From Capsulimonadaceae bacterium (GTDB lineage Bacteria > Armatimonadota > Armatimonadia > Armatimonadales > Capsulimonadaceae): a stretch of 64,000 bases of DNA. Location: positions 4,544,001 through 4,608,000 of the forward strand of contig OZ244065.1 of NCBI GenBank assembly GCA_965215505.1. Reading direction: 5' to 3'. The position numbers and the translations under genes are program-made. Of this stretch, positions 44,254 through 54,719 are shown piece by piece. Position 1 is the stretch's first letter; every line of letters begins with the position of its first letter. Under the pieces are notes generated by a model. It saw only the letters and a list, made by a program, of their open reading frames with translations. It searched no databases and had not been told where the DNA came from.

Positions 44254-44864
44254 TCATCACCTGTTCCCGACACTATGCGCCGCTCCCGCAACCATTGCCC
44301 GACCCCGTTCACGACCGCCACGATGCAGCCTAACAGAAACCAACTCCCCCAGACGATCAGCGCGACAAGGTTGATACGGTGGATGTGGTAGATGTCCAGG
44401 TAGGACAGCCCCCAAATCAGGAACATGGCGTTCGGGACCAGACCCATCCGCCCACCCATGGCCGGAATGAAGCTATCCTTCAGCCACTCTGACGGCAACG
44501 ACTCTGCGGGTCTGCCGAGGCTTCGGGACACAAAAAGCAGGGCGGCTGCGGAGGCCCAATAAAGTAGGGCGAAGAGACATATGAAAATGAGAACGCTGAA
44601 AAAGCCGACCATGATTTTGCCGACGAGCGGCGCATCACGCTCCAGCCAGAACACCGCGAGAACCAACATGATGTTGAACGAAGCTGTCTTCGCCCATTTC
44701 GGCAGACCAAAGCCCCCCGGCATCCGAGGCAGTGCCATGTACAGGGGCAGGAGCAAACGCCGCTGCGGTGCTTGCTTCGGCGTTTCATAGGTCGGCGGCG
44801 GGGGCCAGACCCCATCGGAAGCCCTCGCCGCCCCTGTTCGTTTGCGCCTGCCTTTCGCCGCCAT
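44238..44864 (-). CDS. Hypothetical membrane protein
   Basis: GVWPPPP motif followed by about 4 transmembrane segments. Confidence 0.6.
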   Translation of the reverse strand: MAAKGRRKRTGAARASDGVWPPPPTYETPKQAPQRRLLLPLYMALPRMPGGFGLPKWAKTASFNIMLVLAVFWLERDAPLVGKIMVGFFSVLIFICLFALLYWASAAALLFVSRSLGRPAESLPSEWLKDSFIPAMGGRMGLVPNAMFLIWGLSYLDIYHIHRINLVALIVWGSWFLLGCIVAVVNGVGQWLRERRIVSGTGDESATG

Positions 44865-44874
44865 CCTGTGCCCT

Positions 44875-46914
44875 CTAATGCTCCAGGAAATAGCGGACGT
44901 TCGTCACGATCACGTCGCGGCGGTTCAGCAGGGCCAGCTTCAAGAGTGGCCCGGCCTGGTTGTGCAGCAGGTGGTGCCAGAGCTTGCGCGAGACCAATTC
45001 CGGGATGACGATGGTGACCACGTCGTCGCCGCGCTCCTTCTGGACGGCGTCGATGTAGCGCAGGAGCGGGCCGACGAGGGAGCGGTAGGGGGACTCCATG
45101 ATGATCAGCGGGATGTCCGGGACGTGCGCGTTCCACGACTCCTTCATCGCCGCCGTCTTCTCGGGGTCCGTCTCGATGTAGACCGCCCGGACGTCCTCGC
45201 TCGTCAGGCGCGCGTAGTTCAGGGCGTCCAGGATGCCCCGGTGCAGGCGCGAGACCAGCACCAAAACCGTGTTGTGGGTGGGCACGGCGGCGGGCGCATT
45301 GTCCAGGGCCAGCTCGTCGCGCATCTCGTCGTAGTGCCAGTGAATCCGCAGGAAGAACATCACCATCAGCGGCACCAGCACGATGACAAGCCACGCGCCG
45401 TAATGTGGATAGTACTTGCCGAAGTGGATGGCCTGGCTGATGACGTCGCCGTCGGCGAACTTGGAAACGGCGATGATGAGAGTTACAGCGCCGGTCGCCA
45501 CCGCGCCCAGGGCGTTGAAGCCGAGCGAGACCTGCCAGCCCGGATGCCGCTCGCGCAGCCAGTGGCGCACCATGCCGATCTGGGCCAGGGTGAACGAGGT
45601 GAAGACGCCGATGGCATACAGCGATAATAGGGCGTCCACGATTCCCTTGAAGATCACGATCAGGAAGATGGCCGCGACGGACAGCAGGATGATGCCGTTG
45701 GAATACGAGAGCCGGTCGCCGATGTTTGCGAGCTGCCGGGGCAGGAAGCTGTCCCGCGCCAGCATGGAGGCGAGCTGCGGGAAACCCGCGAAGGCGGCGT
45801 TGGCGGCGATCACCAGGATGACGGCGGTGGAGTACTGCACGACATAGAACATGAAGTGCAGGGCGGGCGGCCAGGCCGTGTTCGCCACCTGGCCGACCAC
45901 GCTCTGGTAGTCGGGCTGCGTCGCGTCCAGGTGGTCGTGGATGCCGAACCGGACCGTCAGGTAGGTCAGGCCGAGGAACATCATCACGGCCAAAACGCCC
46001 ATCCAGACCGTCGTGAGCGCGGCGTTCTTGTCGCTCGGCTCTTTGAACAGCGGGGTGGTGTTGGAGATGGCCTCGACGCCGGTGAGCGCCGTACATCCCT
46101 GCGAGAAGCCGCGCAGGACCAGATACAGGCCCACGGCCTTCAGCCCGGCCTTCGAGGCGGCGTAGCTGTCCCCCAGCCGCTGCGCTTCGGCGATGTGCGG
46201 GGCGTGGATCGCCAGGCCGATCAGGCCCGCCGCCACCGTTGCCAGGATGGAGAAGATGAACAGGTAGGCCGGCCCGGCGAACGCCCACCCGGCCTCGCGG
46301 ACGCCGCGCAGGTTCAGGATCGCCACGATCAGCACACCCAGGATGCACATCAGGACGAGGTGTTCATGCAGGGAGGGCACGGCGGTGATGATCGCCGCCA
46401 CGCCCGCCGCCACCGAGGTCGCCACGGTCAGGACATAGTCCACCAGGAGGGAGGCCGCCGCCACCAGGGAGGGCACCGTCCCCAGGTTGTCGCGCGAGAC
46501 GGGATACGCCCCGCCCCCACCGGGGTAGGCGAAGATGACCTGCCGGTAGGACAGTACGACGACGGCCAGCAGGGCGCAGATGCCGAACCCGATGGGCAGG
46601 GCGAAGTGCAGGTTGCCGGTCAGGATGGCCGACCCGAGCAGGACGGACAGGATGGCCTCGGTCGCGTAGGCGTTGGAGGAGAGCGCGTCGGAGGAGAAGA
46701 TCGGCAGGGCCAGGAAGACCGGCAGCTTCTGATGGCCTGCCCCCGAAGTGGGCAGTGCGCGCCCGAAGACGATGCGCCGCAGCCGCCCCAGGGCGCTGTC
46801 GTACTTGTGGGGCGCGGGCAGGGCGCTCGGGCCTCCCGCTGTCGGGCCGGTCGTCTTCGCCTCCGCCGGCTGCCGAGGCTTGCCGCTCGGCGGTGTGGTG
46901 GTGGGAGTTGCCAT
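44875..46914 (-). CDS. APC family permease, KimA/YdaO-like
   Basis: FSSDALSSNAYATEAI, YPGGGGAY, GCTALTGVEAISN and ESPYRSLVGP cytoplasmic tail. Confidence 0.88.
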   Translation of the reverse strand: MATPTTTPPSGKPRQPAEAKTTGPTAGGPSALPAPHKYDSALGRLRRIVFGRALPTSGAGHQKLPVFLALPIFSSDALSSNAYATEAILSVLLGSAILTGNLHFALPIGFGICALLAVVVLSYRQVIFAYPGGGGAYPVSRDNLGTVPSLVAAASLLVDYVLTVATSVAAGVAAIITAVPSLHEHLVLMCILGVLIVAILNLRGVREAGWAFAGPAYLFIFSILATVAAGLIGLAIHAPHIAEAQRLGDSYAASKAGLKAVGLYLVLRGFSQGCTALTGVEAISNTTPLFKEPSDKNAALTTVWMGVLAVMMFLGLTYLTVRFGIHDHLDATQPDYQSVVGQVANTAWPPALHFMFYVVQYSTAVILVIAANAAFAGFPQLASMLARDSFLPRQLANIGDRLSYSNGIILLSVAAIFLIVIFKGIVDALLSLYAIGVFTSFTLAQIGMVRHWLRERHPGWQVSLGFNALGAVATGAVTLIIAVSKFADGDVISQAIHFGKYYPHYGAWLVIVLVPLMVMFFLRIHWHYDEMRDELALDNAPAAVPTHNTVLVLVSRLHRGILDALNYARLTSEDVRAVYIETDPEKTAAMKESWNAHVPDIPLIIMESPYRSLVGPLLRYIDAVQKERGDDVVTIVIPELVSRKLWHHLLHNQAGPLLKLALLNRRDVIVTNVRYFLEH

Positions 46915-47055
46915 GAAGGTGTCTTTCGCTGGGAAAATTCTGATGTCATTGTACCCTGTCGCCGCTGCAAGTGACCTTCTGCTTCTGCAATTCCGAGGGG
47001 TATGCTATAATGGGGTAACGCAATACTCGCAATCCGTCTCCGAAGGCATTCTTCC

Positions 47056-49734
47056 ATGAACAAGGCTCTTCTCCCTCTCGCCGGGGCGCTGTTGTCCCTG
47101 GCCGGCGCGGCCTGGGCACAGATGCCCGCCGCCCCAAACACCGTCCCGCCCGCGATGTTCCCGTTCGTCCTGCCCTGGGATGACGCCGCGCCCGGCACGA
47201 TCACCGACATGTCTTTCCTGAACGCCAGGCCTGCCGGCGTCAACGGCTATATCACGCCGAAGGACGACCACTTCGTCGAGAGCAAGACGGGGAAGCGCGT
47301 CCGGTTCCTCGGCACCAACTTCGCCGCCAAATGCGCCTTCCCCTCCCACGCCGACGCCGTGAAGGTGGCCGCCCGCATCGCCAAACTGGGCATCAACCTG
47401 GTCCGCCTGCACCACATGGACAACGACGGCTGGGGGGCGGGGGCGAGCATTTGGGACATGTCCGTCAAGGACCGGCAGCACATTGACCCCGCCCAGCTCG
47501 ACAGGCTGGATTTTCTGGTCGCCCAGTTCAAGAAGAACGGCGTCTACTCCAACATCAACCTGCACGTCTCGCGCCAGTTCTCCCCCGACGACGGCTTCCC
47601 GGCCAGCGTCAGCGCCATCCCGTTCGACTTCGACAAGCGCGTGGACGAGTTCGACCGGCGCATGATAAAGCTCCAGAAGGACTACGCCCGCGCCCTGCTC
47701 ACCCACGTCAACCCCTATACGGGCCTGTCTTATGCCCAGGACCCCGCCGTCGCCGTCGTCGAGATCAACAACGAGAACTCGCTGGTCGGCGACGGGTGGG
47801 CCGGCACTTATGGGAACGACCTGGGAACCCTGCCGGAGCCGTTCCGAGGCGAACTGGTCGGCTTCTGGAACGCCTGGCTGACCAAAAAGTACGGCACGGA
47901 CGCCAAAGTCCAGGCCGCCTGGACGGCGGGCCTGACGCCCACCGGCCCCGGCCTGCTGACCCAGACTATGAACTGGTCCACCGAGCATCAGGGGACATCA
48001 CAGGCGGTGGCCGGTACGGTCATGGAAACGGGGCAGGATCGTCGCCGTGGTCTGCGCGCCCAAAACATCGAGGCAGATGTCACCGGGGTTGACGGCACGG
48101 ACTGGCACGTCCAGGCGCATCAGACCGGGCTGAACCTGACCGACGGCACCACTTACACCGTCTCGTTCCGCGCCAAAGCCGACAAGCCTCGGCCCATGCC
48201 CCTCGGAGCCAGCCTCGACCAAGCCGACTGGCACAACATCGGCCTGACCGCGAATGCCGCCCTGACGGCCGACTGGAAGACCTTCCGTTACGTCTTCACC
48301 GCCCATGACACCGCCCCGAACCACAACCGTATCGCCTTCACCTTGGGCGGGCAGACTGGGACCGTCTGGATCTCCGATCTGCAAATCCACCCCGGCGCGG
48401 ACGGCGCAGGGCTTGCACCCGGCGAGTCGCTGCTGACCAGGACCGTGGACATCCCGACGACGGCCCTCAGAGCTTCGCACGACGACTGGGTCGCTTTCCT
48501 GGCCGACACGGAGCGCGGGTACGCCGAGGAGATGCGCCTCTACCTGAAGAACGGCCTTCACGTCCGGGCGAACGTCCTCTGCTCCCAGATCTCGTGGGGC
48601 GGCCTGACCGGCATCAGCCGGGAGGCGAACATGGACTTCGCCGACAACCACGCCTACTGGCAGCACCCGTCCTTCCCGCACAAGGCGTGGGACGCGAACG
48701 ACTGGACCATGCCCAACACCGCCATGGTGTCCGACCTCGCGGATGGCAAGGGCGGCACATTGCAGTCGCTGGCCGAGTACCGCGTGGCCGGCAAGCCCTA
48801 CAGCGTTTCGGAGTACAACCACCCCGCACCCAACGACTACCGGGCCGAGACCCTGCCGGAACTGGCGACCTTCGCTGCCTTCCAGGGTTGGGACATGATC
48901 TACCTGTTCGACTACGGCGACTATGGCACGGGGGTCCAGAACGACAAGATCAACGGCTACTTTGGCATCACCAGCGACCCGGCCAAAACGGCGTTCCTGC
49001 CTGCGGCGGCCATGATCTTCCGGGCAGGCGAGATCGCCCCCGCCCTGGAGGGTGAGCGACTGCGCCTGATCAACCCGGTCGCTGGTGGGCTTCTCAGCGC
49101 CGGGCCGGCCTGGAGGGCGGCGGGTCCTGATGATCCCCCGATCTTCTCCCACCGTCTCGCCGTCTTACAGGACCGCTCCCCAGGTACGGCGGGCATCTTC
49201 CTCGCCATTAAAGACCCACACTCGGGGCCAGCGGTGCCGCGCTCCGTTTCCGTGGGAAAGACCGCCGCCGGCGGGCGCTACCTGGCCGTCAGCCCGTCCG
49301 CCCAGTCCGTCGTCGGCTTTGTCGGCGGCCAGACCGTGACACTGGGGCGGAACACGCTGGCCTTCCCTGCCTTCGGCAACGACTTCGGCAACGACTTCGC
49401 CGCCGCGACGCTGACGGCGATGGACCGGAAGCCCCTCGCGCAGTCCCGCCGCCTCTTGCTGACACTCGTGGGCAAGGTGGAGAACCAGGACATGGGCTGG
49501 AACGCGGGCCGCACCAGCGTCGGCGACAAGTGGGGCCACGGCCCGACCGTCGCCGAGGGCATCCCCGCGACCGTGACGCTCAAAACGACCGTCGCCCGCC
49601 ACGTCTGGGCGCTGGACGGAGTGGGAAAGCGGGTGAGGGACGTGCCCGCGACCTTCGCGGATGGGACGCTTACGTTCACCGTCGGCCCGCAGTTCAAGAC
49701 GCTGTGGTACGAGATAGGGGCGCTTGACCGATGA
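47056..49734 (+). CDS. Secreted clan GH-A glycoside hydrolase-like protein with an internal CBM4/9-like module
   Basis: Signal peptide; GINLVRLHHMD, EINNEN and VSEYNHP; YTVSFRAKAD CBM-like insert. Confidence 0.75.
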   Translation: MNKALLPLAGALLSLAGAAWAQMPAAPNTVPPAMFPFVLPWDDAAPGTITDMSFLNARPAGVNGYITPKDDHFVESKTGKRVRFLGTNFAAKCAFPSHADAVKVAARIAKLGINLVRLHHMDNDGWGAGASIWDMSVKDRQHIDPAQLDRLDFLVAQFKKNGVYSNINLHVSRQFSPDDGFPASVSAIPFDFDKRVDEFDRRMIKLQKDYARALLTHVNPYTGLSYAQDPAVAVVEINNENSLVGDGWAGTYGNDLGTLPEPFRGELVGFWNAWLTKKYGTDAKVQAAWTAGLTPTGPGLLTQTMNWSTEHQGTSQAVAGTVMETGQDRRRGLRAQNIEADVTGVDGTDWHVQAHQTGLNLTDGTTYTVSFRAKADKPRPMPLGASLDQADWHNIGLTANAALTADWKTFRYVFTAHDTAPNHNRIAFTLGGQTGTVWISDLQIHPGADGAGLAPGESLLTRTVDIPTTALRASHDDWVAFLADTERGYAEEMRLYLKNGLHVRANVLCSQISWGGLTGISREANMDFADNHAYWQHPSFPHKAWDANDWTMPNTAMVSDLADGKGGTLQSLAEYRVAGKPYSVSEYNHPAPNDYRAETLPELATFAAFQGWDMIYLFDYGDYGTGVQNDKINGYFGITSDPAKTAFLPAAAMIFRAGEIAPALEGERLRLINPVAGGLLSAGPAWRAAGPDDPPIFSHRLAVLQDRSPGTAGIFLAIKDPHSGPAVPRSVSVGKTAAGGRYLAVSPSAQSVVGFVGGQTVTLGRNTLAFPAFGNDFGNDFAAATLTAMDRKPLAQSRRLLLTLVGKVENQDMGWNAGRTSVGDKWGHGPTVAEGIPATVTLKTTVARHVWALDGVGKRVRDVPATFADGTLTFTVGPQFKTLWYEIGALDR

Positions 49735-51566
49735 ACACCTTGTTCCTGCCGCCTCTCCTCTGGGCGGTCCTTGCGGCGGTCCTTCTCTGCCCCGGCCCGG
49801 CGCGCGCTCAGCAGGAGCCGCCGGCCCCGCCCGGCGGCGTCGCCGCCCTGCCCGCCGACAGCCTTCCCGGCTTCCTGCCATCCTATAAGGACGACAACAT
49901 CGGAATCGTCCCCGTCGCCGGGCGGCCGTTCACGCGCGCCCTGCGGATCACCACCAGCCAGCCCAACCCGCCCGCCCCGTGGAGTGTCCAGTACGGCATC
50001 CGCACCTCCGCGCCCGTCAAAAAAGGTGACACCCTGCTGGCTGACTTCTGGATGCGGACGGTTCGGACCCAGACCGGCTACGGGCGGGCCGACGTCTACT
50101 TCCAGGATGCGGCCACCTACAACAAATCCATCTACTACTCCGCCTCGGCCACGTCTGGCTGGAAGCACATCCAGGTCCCGTTCGCGGCGGTTCAGGACGA
50201 ACCGGCGGGCCGGGGCTTCCTCGGATTCGGCGTCGGCTTCACCGCCCAGACCATCGAGGTCGCGGACATCCGCGTGACGGACTACGGCACGTCCGTCTCG
50301 GTCAGCGGCCTGCCGACGACCCGCATCACCTACGCGGGCCGCGAACCCGACGCCCCCTGGCGCAAGGCCGCCGATGCCCGCATCGAGCGCATCCGCAAGG
50401 GAGACCTGCGCGTGGTCGTGACGGACCGCCGGGGCAGGCCCATCCCCGGTGCCGCCGTCTCGGCCCGCATGACCCGTCACGCCTTCGGCTTCGCCACCGC
50501 CGTCTCCACCGACGTCTTCCTGCCGCACCCGGACACCCCCGCCGCCCAGGACTACCGACGCCGCATCTACCGCCTGTACAACAAGGTCACCGGGAACGGC
50601 GTCAAGTGGCCGGAGTGGGAGGGCACGGCCGCTGGCTTCAACGGGGTGACCGGCACCTGGTATCAGTTCCGCCCCGCCGACACGATCGCCTTCGTCCGCA
50701 CTCTGCGCGCTCATGGGATCGCCGCGCGCGGCCAGAACCTCCTCTGGCCCTCCTGGGGCTACCTGCCCAAAGACCTGGAAGCGATGAAGAACGACCCCGC
50801 CGCGCTCCGCCGGCGCATCCACAGCCACATCGCCGAGGAGATGACCGCCCTGAAGGGGCTGTACGCCGAGTGGGACGTCGTCAACGAGCCGTACTCGAAC
50901 CACGACCTCATGGACGCGCTAGGCCAGCACGAGATGGTGGACTGGTTCCGGCAGGCGCATGCCTTGGACCCGCAGGCGCGGCTGTTCGTCAACGACAACG
51001 GCATCATGGAGAGCGACGGCGAGGACGCCGCCCACGCCGTCGCTTATGAGAAGACCATCCAGTATTTGCTTGACAACCACGCCCCCCTGGGCGGCATCGG
51101 CATGGAAGGCCACTACAGCAGCGTCCTGACCCCGCCCGACACGCTACTCCGGTTCCTGGACCGCTTTGGACGGTTCGGCCTGCCCATCGAAACCACCGAG
51201 TTCGACATCAACGGCACCGACGAGCAGGTGCAGGCCGACTACACCCGCGACTATATGACTGCGACGTTCTCGCACCCCGCCGTCAGCGGCTTCGTGATGT
51301 TCGGCTTTTGGGAGAGCGACCACTGGATTCCGAATGCCGCCTCCTGGCGCAAAGACTGGACAATCAAGCCCAGCGGCCGGGCCTATGAAGACCTCGTCCT
51401 GCACAAGTGGTGGACCAACGCCTCGGGTAAAACCGGGCCGACGGGTCTCTACAAGACGCGCGGCTTCCTGGGCGACTACGCCGTCACCATTTCGCACGCG
51501 GGCCGCACGAAGACCGTCAAGGCCGCGCTCGTCCGGCCCGGCACGACGCTCAAAGTCGCGCTGTAA
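49731..51566 (+). CDS. GH10 endo-1,4-beta-xylanase-like protein
   Basis: WDVVNEP, LFVNDN, GIGMEGH and TTEFD; signal peptide. Confidence 0.85.
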   Translation: MNTLFLPPLLWAVLAAVLLCPGPARAQQEPPAPPGGVAALPADSLPGFLPSYKDDNIGIVPVAGRPFTRALRITTSQPNPPAPWSVQYGIRTSAPVKKGDTLLADFWMRTVRTQTGYGRADVYFQDAATYNKSIYYSASATSGWKHIQVPFAAVQDEPAGRGFLGFGVGFTAQTIEVADIRVTDYGTSVSVSGLPTTRITYAGREPDAPWRKAADARIERIRKGDLRVVVTDRRGRPIPGAAVSARMTRHAFGFATAVSTDVFLPHPDTPAAQDYRRRIYRLYNKVTGNGVKWPEWEGTAAGFNGVTGTWYQFRPADTIAFVRTLRAHGIAARGQNLLWPSWGYLPKDLEAMKNDPAALRRRIHSHIAEEMTALKGLYAEWDVVNEPYSNHDLMDALGQHEMVDWFRQAHALDPQARLFVNDNGIMESDGEDAAHAVAYEKTIQYLLDNHAPLGGIGMEGHYSSVLTPPDTLLRFLDRFGRFGLPIETTEFDINGTDEQVQADYTRDYMTATFSHPAVSGFVMFGFWESDHWIPNAASWRKDWTIKPSGRAYEDLVLHKWWTNASGKTGPTGLYKTRGFLGDYAVTISHAGRTKTVKAALVRPGTTLKVAL

Positions 51567-51589
51567 CCGGGCCATGCTATAATAAACCC

Positions 51590-51931
51590 ATGCCCCTCTA
51601 TGAATACACCTGCAACCACTGTCACAAGCGCTACACCGTCCTCGTCGGCATGACCGCCGCCGGAGACAGCAACGTCTGCCCGCACTGCGGCGGCGACCAG
51701 GCCACCAAGCGCGTCACCCGCTTCGCGCGCGGGCGCGGCGACGACGACTTGATGGACGACCTCGCGGACCCCGACAAGATCGGCGACATGGACGACCCCA
51801 AGGCGATGCGCCGCTGGGCCAAGGAGATGGGCAAGGAGATGGGCGAGGACCTGGGGGACGACTTCGACGAGTACATGGACGCCGCCGAGAGCGGCGAGAT
51901 GGAAGACGACGCCCCCGGCGGCCTGGAATAG
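51590..51931 (+). CDS. FmdB family zinc-ribbon protein
   Basis: MPLYEYTCNHC...CPHCG with acidic tail; TGCTATAAT 6 nt upstream. Confidence 0.88.
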   Translation: MPLYEYTCNHCHKRYTVLVGMTAAGDSNVCPHCGGDQATKRVTRFARGRGDDDLMDDLADPDKIGDMDDPKAMRRWAKEMGKEMGEDLGDDFDEYMDAAESGEMEDDAPGGLE

Positions 51932-51990
51932 CAGGAGAAGCCGTGCCGCGCGGCGTATCTTACGCGCGTCGCCCGAAAAGGAGAACCGCC

Positions 51991-52857
51991 ATGTCTCTGC
52001 CGACCACACGCCGCGCGTTCCTGCCCGCCTGCCTGACTTTGGGGGCGCTGCTCTGCGCGCCGCCTATCTTCGCCGATACGCCCGTCGTGCCTGCCGCCCC
52101 GATGGCGCAGGCGAAGACGCTGGCCTTGCAGAATACTGTTCCCAAAGACATCCTCAAGGCTCTGCACTGGGACCAGAACGCCCAGAAGTTTGACAGCGCC
52201 GCGCCGGTCCGCGTTGAGGGCGTCACCCAGATCAGTGCCCTGCCGGCGACAAACTCCCTGTCCATCGTCGCCACGCCTGATGGTTTCGCTAAAGTACGGA
52301 CCCTTGTCCGAATCCTGGACATCGCGCCGCGCCAGGTACAGATCAAGTTCGCCCTGGCGAACGCCACCGCCGCCGAACTAGACGCTTCGGGCATCAACTT
52401 CGCCCTGGAGGCAGGGACGGGACCGCACGAGTCGCCGATCCTGGGGTACGCGACGGGCAGCGCCGTGGCTCGCTTCCTGCAAACGCTCACCGCCAAGGGC
52501 AGCGTCACGCAGTCGCCGGTCATCTCGACCTCGAACAATGTGGACGCGAGCCTCAGCCTGACTACCACGGTCCATTCGCAAGTGGTTTCGTCCGTCACGT
52601 TCGCCGCCATGCCCCGCGTCAACAGCGACGATACCGTCACCCTTTCCCTGCACCCGTCGTTCTCGCAGAGTCCTCCCGGTGCGCCTGCGGTCAAGGCGCT
52701 GTCCCTCAAGACCCTGCGGACCGTCAAGAGCGGCGACACGATGGTCCAAGTGGTCTACTCCGAGCCTTTCGGCAAGAGCGACGCCAACCAACTCCTGTTC
52801 GTCACGCCGACGATCTTGTCCACGGGTAAAGCCCCGGCGGCGATGACGGTGAAGTAA
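51991..52857 (+). CDS. Short secretin-like protein (N domain + reduced secretin domain)
   Basis: Signal peptide; ATNSLSI...VRILDIAPRQVQI; PRVNSD.TVTL; LRTVKSGDTM; LLFVTPTIL. Confidence 0.6.
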   Translation: MSLPTTRRAFLPACLTLGALLCAPPIFADTPVVPAAPMAQAKTLALQNTVPKDILKALHWDQNAQKFDSAAPVRVEGVTQISALPATNSLSIVATPDGFAKVRTLVRILDIAPRQVQIKFALANATAAELDASGINFALEAGTGPHESPILGYATGSAVARFLQTLTAKGSVTQSPVISTSNNVDASLSLTTTVHSQVVSSVTFAAMPRVNSDDTVTLSLHPSFSQSPPGAPAVKALSLKTLRTVKSGDTMVQVVYSEPFGKSDANQLLFVTPTILSTGKAPAAMTVK

Positions 52858-52869
52858 TGGAGGCGCGTC

Positions 52870-53463
52870 ATGGCGAGCATTCACGGTCCCAAGAAGCCGG
52901 GGGCGGCGCGGGCGGGCGTCTGGGCCACCTCCCTCCTGCTTGCCCTGCTTCTGCTGCTTCCCGCTGCTTGGTACGCCCGCTACCGCGACCAACTGGCCGC
53001 GCCGTCTGTCCCCGCAGGCTCCGGCGCGGCCCTGGTGTTCCGGCCTTCCGGCGTCATGACACTCGGCCCGCCTGCGCCCGGTCAGGCCCGCACCGTACAG
53101 ATACGACATACCGGTGGGCAGGTCATTACCACTGTCACCACCGGCGGTTTGATGATCGCGGCGAAAACCAGTGACCCGCACCCACCCTCTTATCTGCTGG
53201 ACGTGCTGGGCCAAAGCCTGTGTGACCGCTACAACGCCTGGACGTGTGAGCGCGGTGATCCCCATCAGTCTATCGGTACAATTCAAATGTCCGGCGATAT
53301 TGTCTTTACGGGACACATCTATTCTCAGCCTGGCATATCCACCGGAATAGCTTCTCTCCTGCCTAGTATCAGCTCGCCCGCACCGCCGCCAGCCCATGCA
53401 CCGGGAATACCTGCGCCTGCACCGTCGCTACACTCCGCCGCGCGTACTCCCGCGCGTCCGTGA
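52870..53463 (+). CDS. Hypothetical membrane-anchored protein
   Basis: GGAGG RBS; N-terminal hydrophobic helix; Pro-rich tail overlapping the convergent acuC end. Confidence 0.5.
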   Translation: MASIHGPKKPGAARAGVWATSLLLALLLLLPAAWYARYRDQLAAPSVPAGSGAALVFRPSGVMTLGPPAPGQARTVQIRHTGGQVITTVTTGGLMIAAKTSDPHPPSYLLDVLGQSLCDRYNAWTCERGDPHQSIGTIQMSGDIVFTGHIYSQPGISTGIASLLPSISSPAPPPAHAPGIPAPAPSLHSAARTPARP

Positions 53464-54556
53464 TGCCGGAGTCCGGGTGACGCCGCCGGTACACTTGGTC
53501 AAAGACCAACTGCTTCTCGTCTTCGCTCGGCCCTGCTGCGTCATGCAGGGCCGTGATGCCCCATTCTTCCGCGTAGGCTGACGGCACTGCTTGGGGGAAC
53601 GTCTGCCCGGACAAGGCCCCGTAGAGCAGCGTCCACTGCCGGGCCACCGTCTTCAGGTTGTAGCCGCCCCCGCCCAGCGCGACCGTCGGCTTCCCCAAAG
53701 TCAGCACCGACGACGCCAGCCCCAACCAGCCCTGCGTCGTCAGGCACAGGTGAGCCAGCGGGTCCTGAAAATGGGCGTCCGCGCCCACCTGCAAGAGGAT
53801 GTAATCGGGGTCGAAGGCGCGCAGCAGGGGCAGGAAAGCCGCTCCGAACGCCTCGGCGGCGATAGTGTCCCCGCTGCCCGGTGCCAGCGGCAGGTTGGCG
53901 TTATAGCCGAGTCCTGCCCCTTCCCCCACCTCGTCCGCGTAGCCCGTGACGCGCGGGAACAGGGTTTCCGGCGTCTCGTGGATGGACAGCGTCAGCACGC
54001 GCGGGTCGTCGTAAAAGAGGGCCTGCGTGCCGTCGCCGTGGTGCGCGTCAATGTCCACATAGGCGACTCGCTGCGCCCCGTGGTCGAGCAAATAGTGGGC
54101 CACGAGCGCGCAGTCGTTGACGGTGCAAAAGCCCGCCGCCCGGTCCAGACGGGCATGGTGCAGGCCGCCCGACGTGTTAAAGGCGGCATCATAACCCCCT
54201 TGTGAGACCAGCCGGGCGCAGTCAAGCGACCCGCCCGCGTACAGCAGGGAAGCTTCCCACATGCCGGGGAACGGCGGGTTGTCCAGGCCGCCGAAGCCGA
54301 ACCGCTTCTTGTCCGGGACAGTGTGGCCTTCGCTCAGTGCCCAGAGGGCGTCGAGATAGTCGGAGGAATGCACCCGCAGCAGGTCCGCTTCGGTGGCCGG
54401 GGTGGGGGAGATGAGGTCAGAGTCAGGGCCGCCGAAGGCCCCGTAGGCGTCCAGCAGGCGGTGCGTCATCAGGAGCCGCTTCTGCTGCAAGGGGTGGCTG
54501 TCGGAGAGGTGGTAGCGGACGTAGTCGTCGGTGTAGACGAAGGCGGCGCGGGGCAT
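53369..54556 (-). CDS. AcuC / histone deacetylase family protein
   Basis: HPLQ..R, GGLHHA, GFC.VND, YVDIDAHHGDG, GADAH..DPL and GGGGY. Confidence 0.92.
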   Translation of the reverse strand: MPRAAFVYTDDYVRYHLSDSHPLQQKRLLMTHRLLDAYGAFGGPDSDLISPTPATEADLLRVHSSDYLDALWALSEGHTVPDKKRFGFGGLDNPPFPGMWEASLLYAGGSLDCARLVSQGGYDAAFNTSGGLHHARLDRAAGFCTVNDCALVAHYLLDHGAQRVAYVDIDAHHGDGTQALFYDDPRVLTLSIHETPETLFPRVTGYADEVGEGAGLGYNANLPLAPGSGDTIAAEAFGAAFLPLLRAFDPDYILLQVGADAHFQDPLAHLCLTTQGWLGLASSVLTLGKPTVALGGGGYNLKTVARQWTLLYGALSGQTFPQAVPSAYAEEWGITALHDAAGPSEDEKQLVFDQVYRRRHPDSGITDAREYARRSVATVQAQVFPVHGLAAVRAS

Positions 54557-54589
54557 GGGGCGGCTTTCTAAGGTCCCCGAATGAAAAAG

Positions 54590-54699
54590 AGGGCGAACAC
54601 AAGGTTCGCCCCTACGGGGTGGACGGAAGGTGTAGGGGCGAACCTTGTGTTCGCCCTTCTTGGACGTGTTCGCCCTTCTTGGACGTGTTCGCCCTTCTT
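54590..54699. repeat. Inverted pair of GTAG-type REP sequences followed by a 19-bp tandem repeat
   Basis: GGGCGAACACAAGGTTCGCCCCTAC...GTAGGGGCGAACCTTGTGTTCGCCC; TGTTCGCCCTTCTTGGACG x2.7. Confidence 0.75.
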
Positions 54700-54719
54700 C
54701 CTGCGCTGCCGCGCGAAGG

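Noticed and set aside
46915-47055. c-di-AMP (ydaO) riboswitch upstream of the KimA-like permease
   Set aside because: The consensus elements were not recognisable in the short intergenic region
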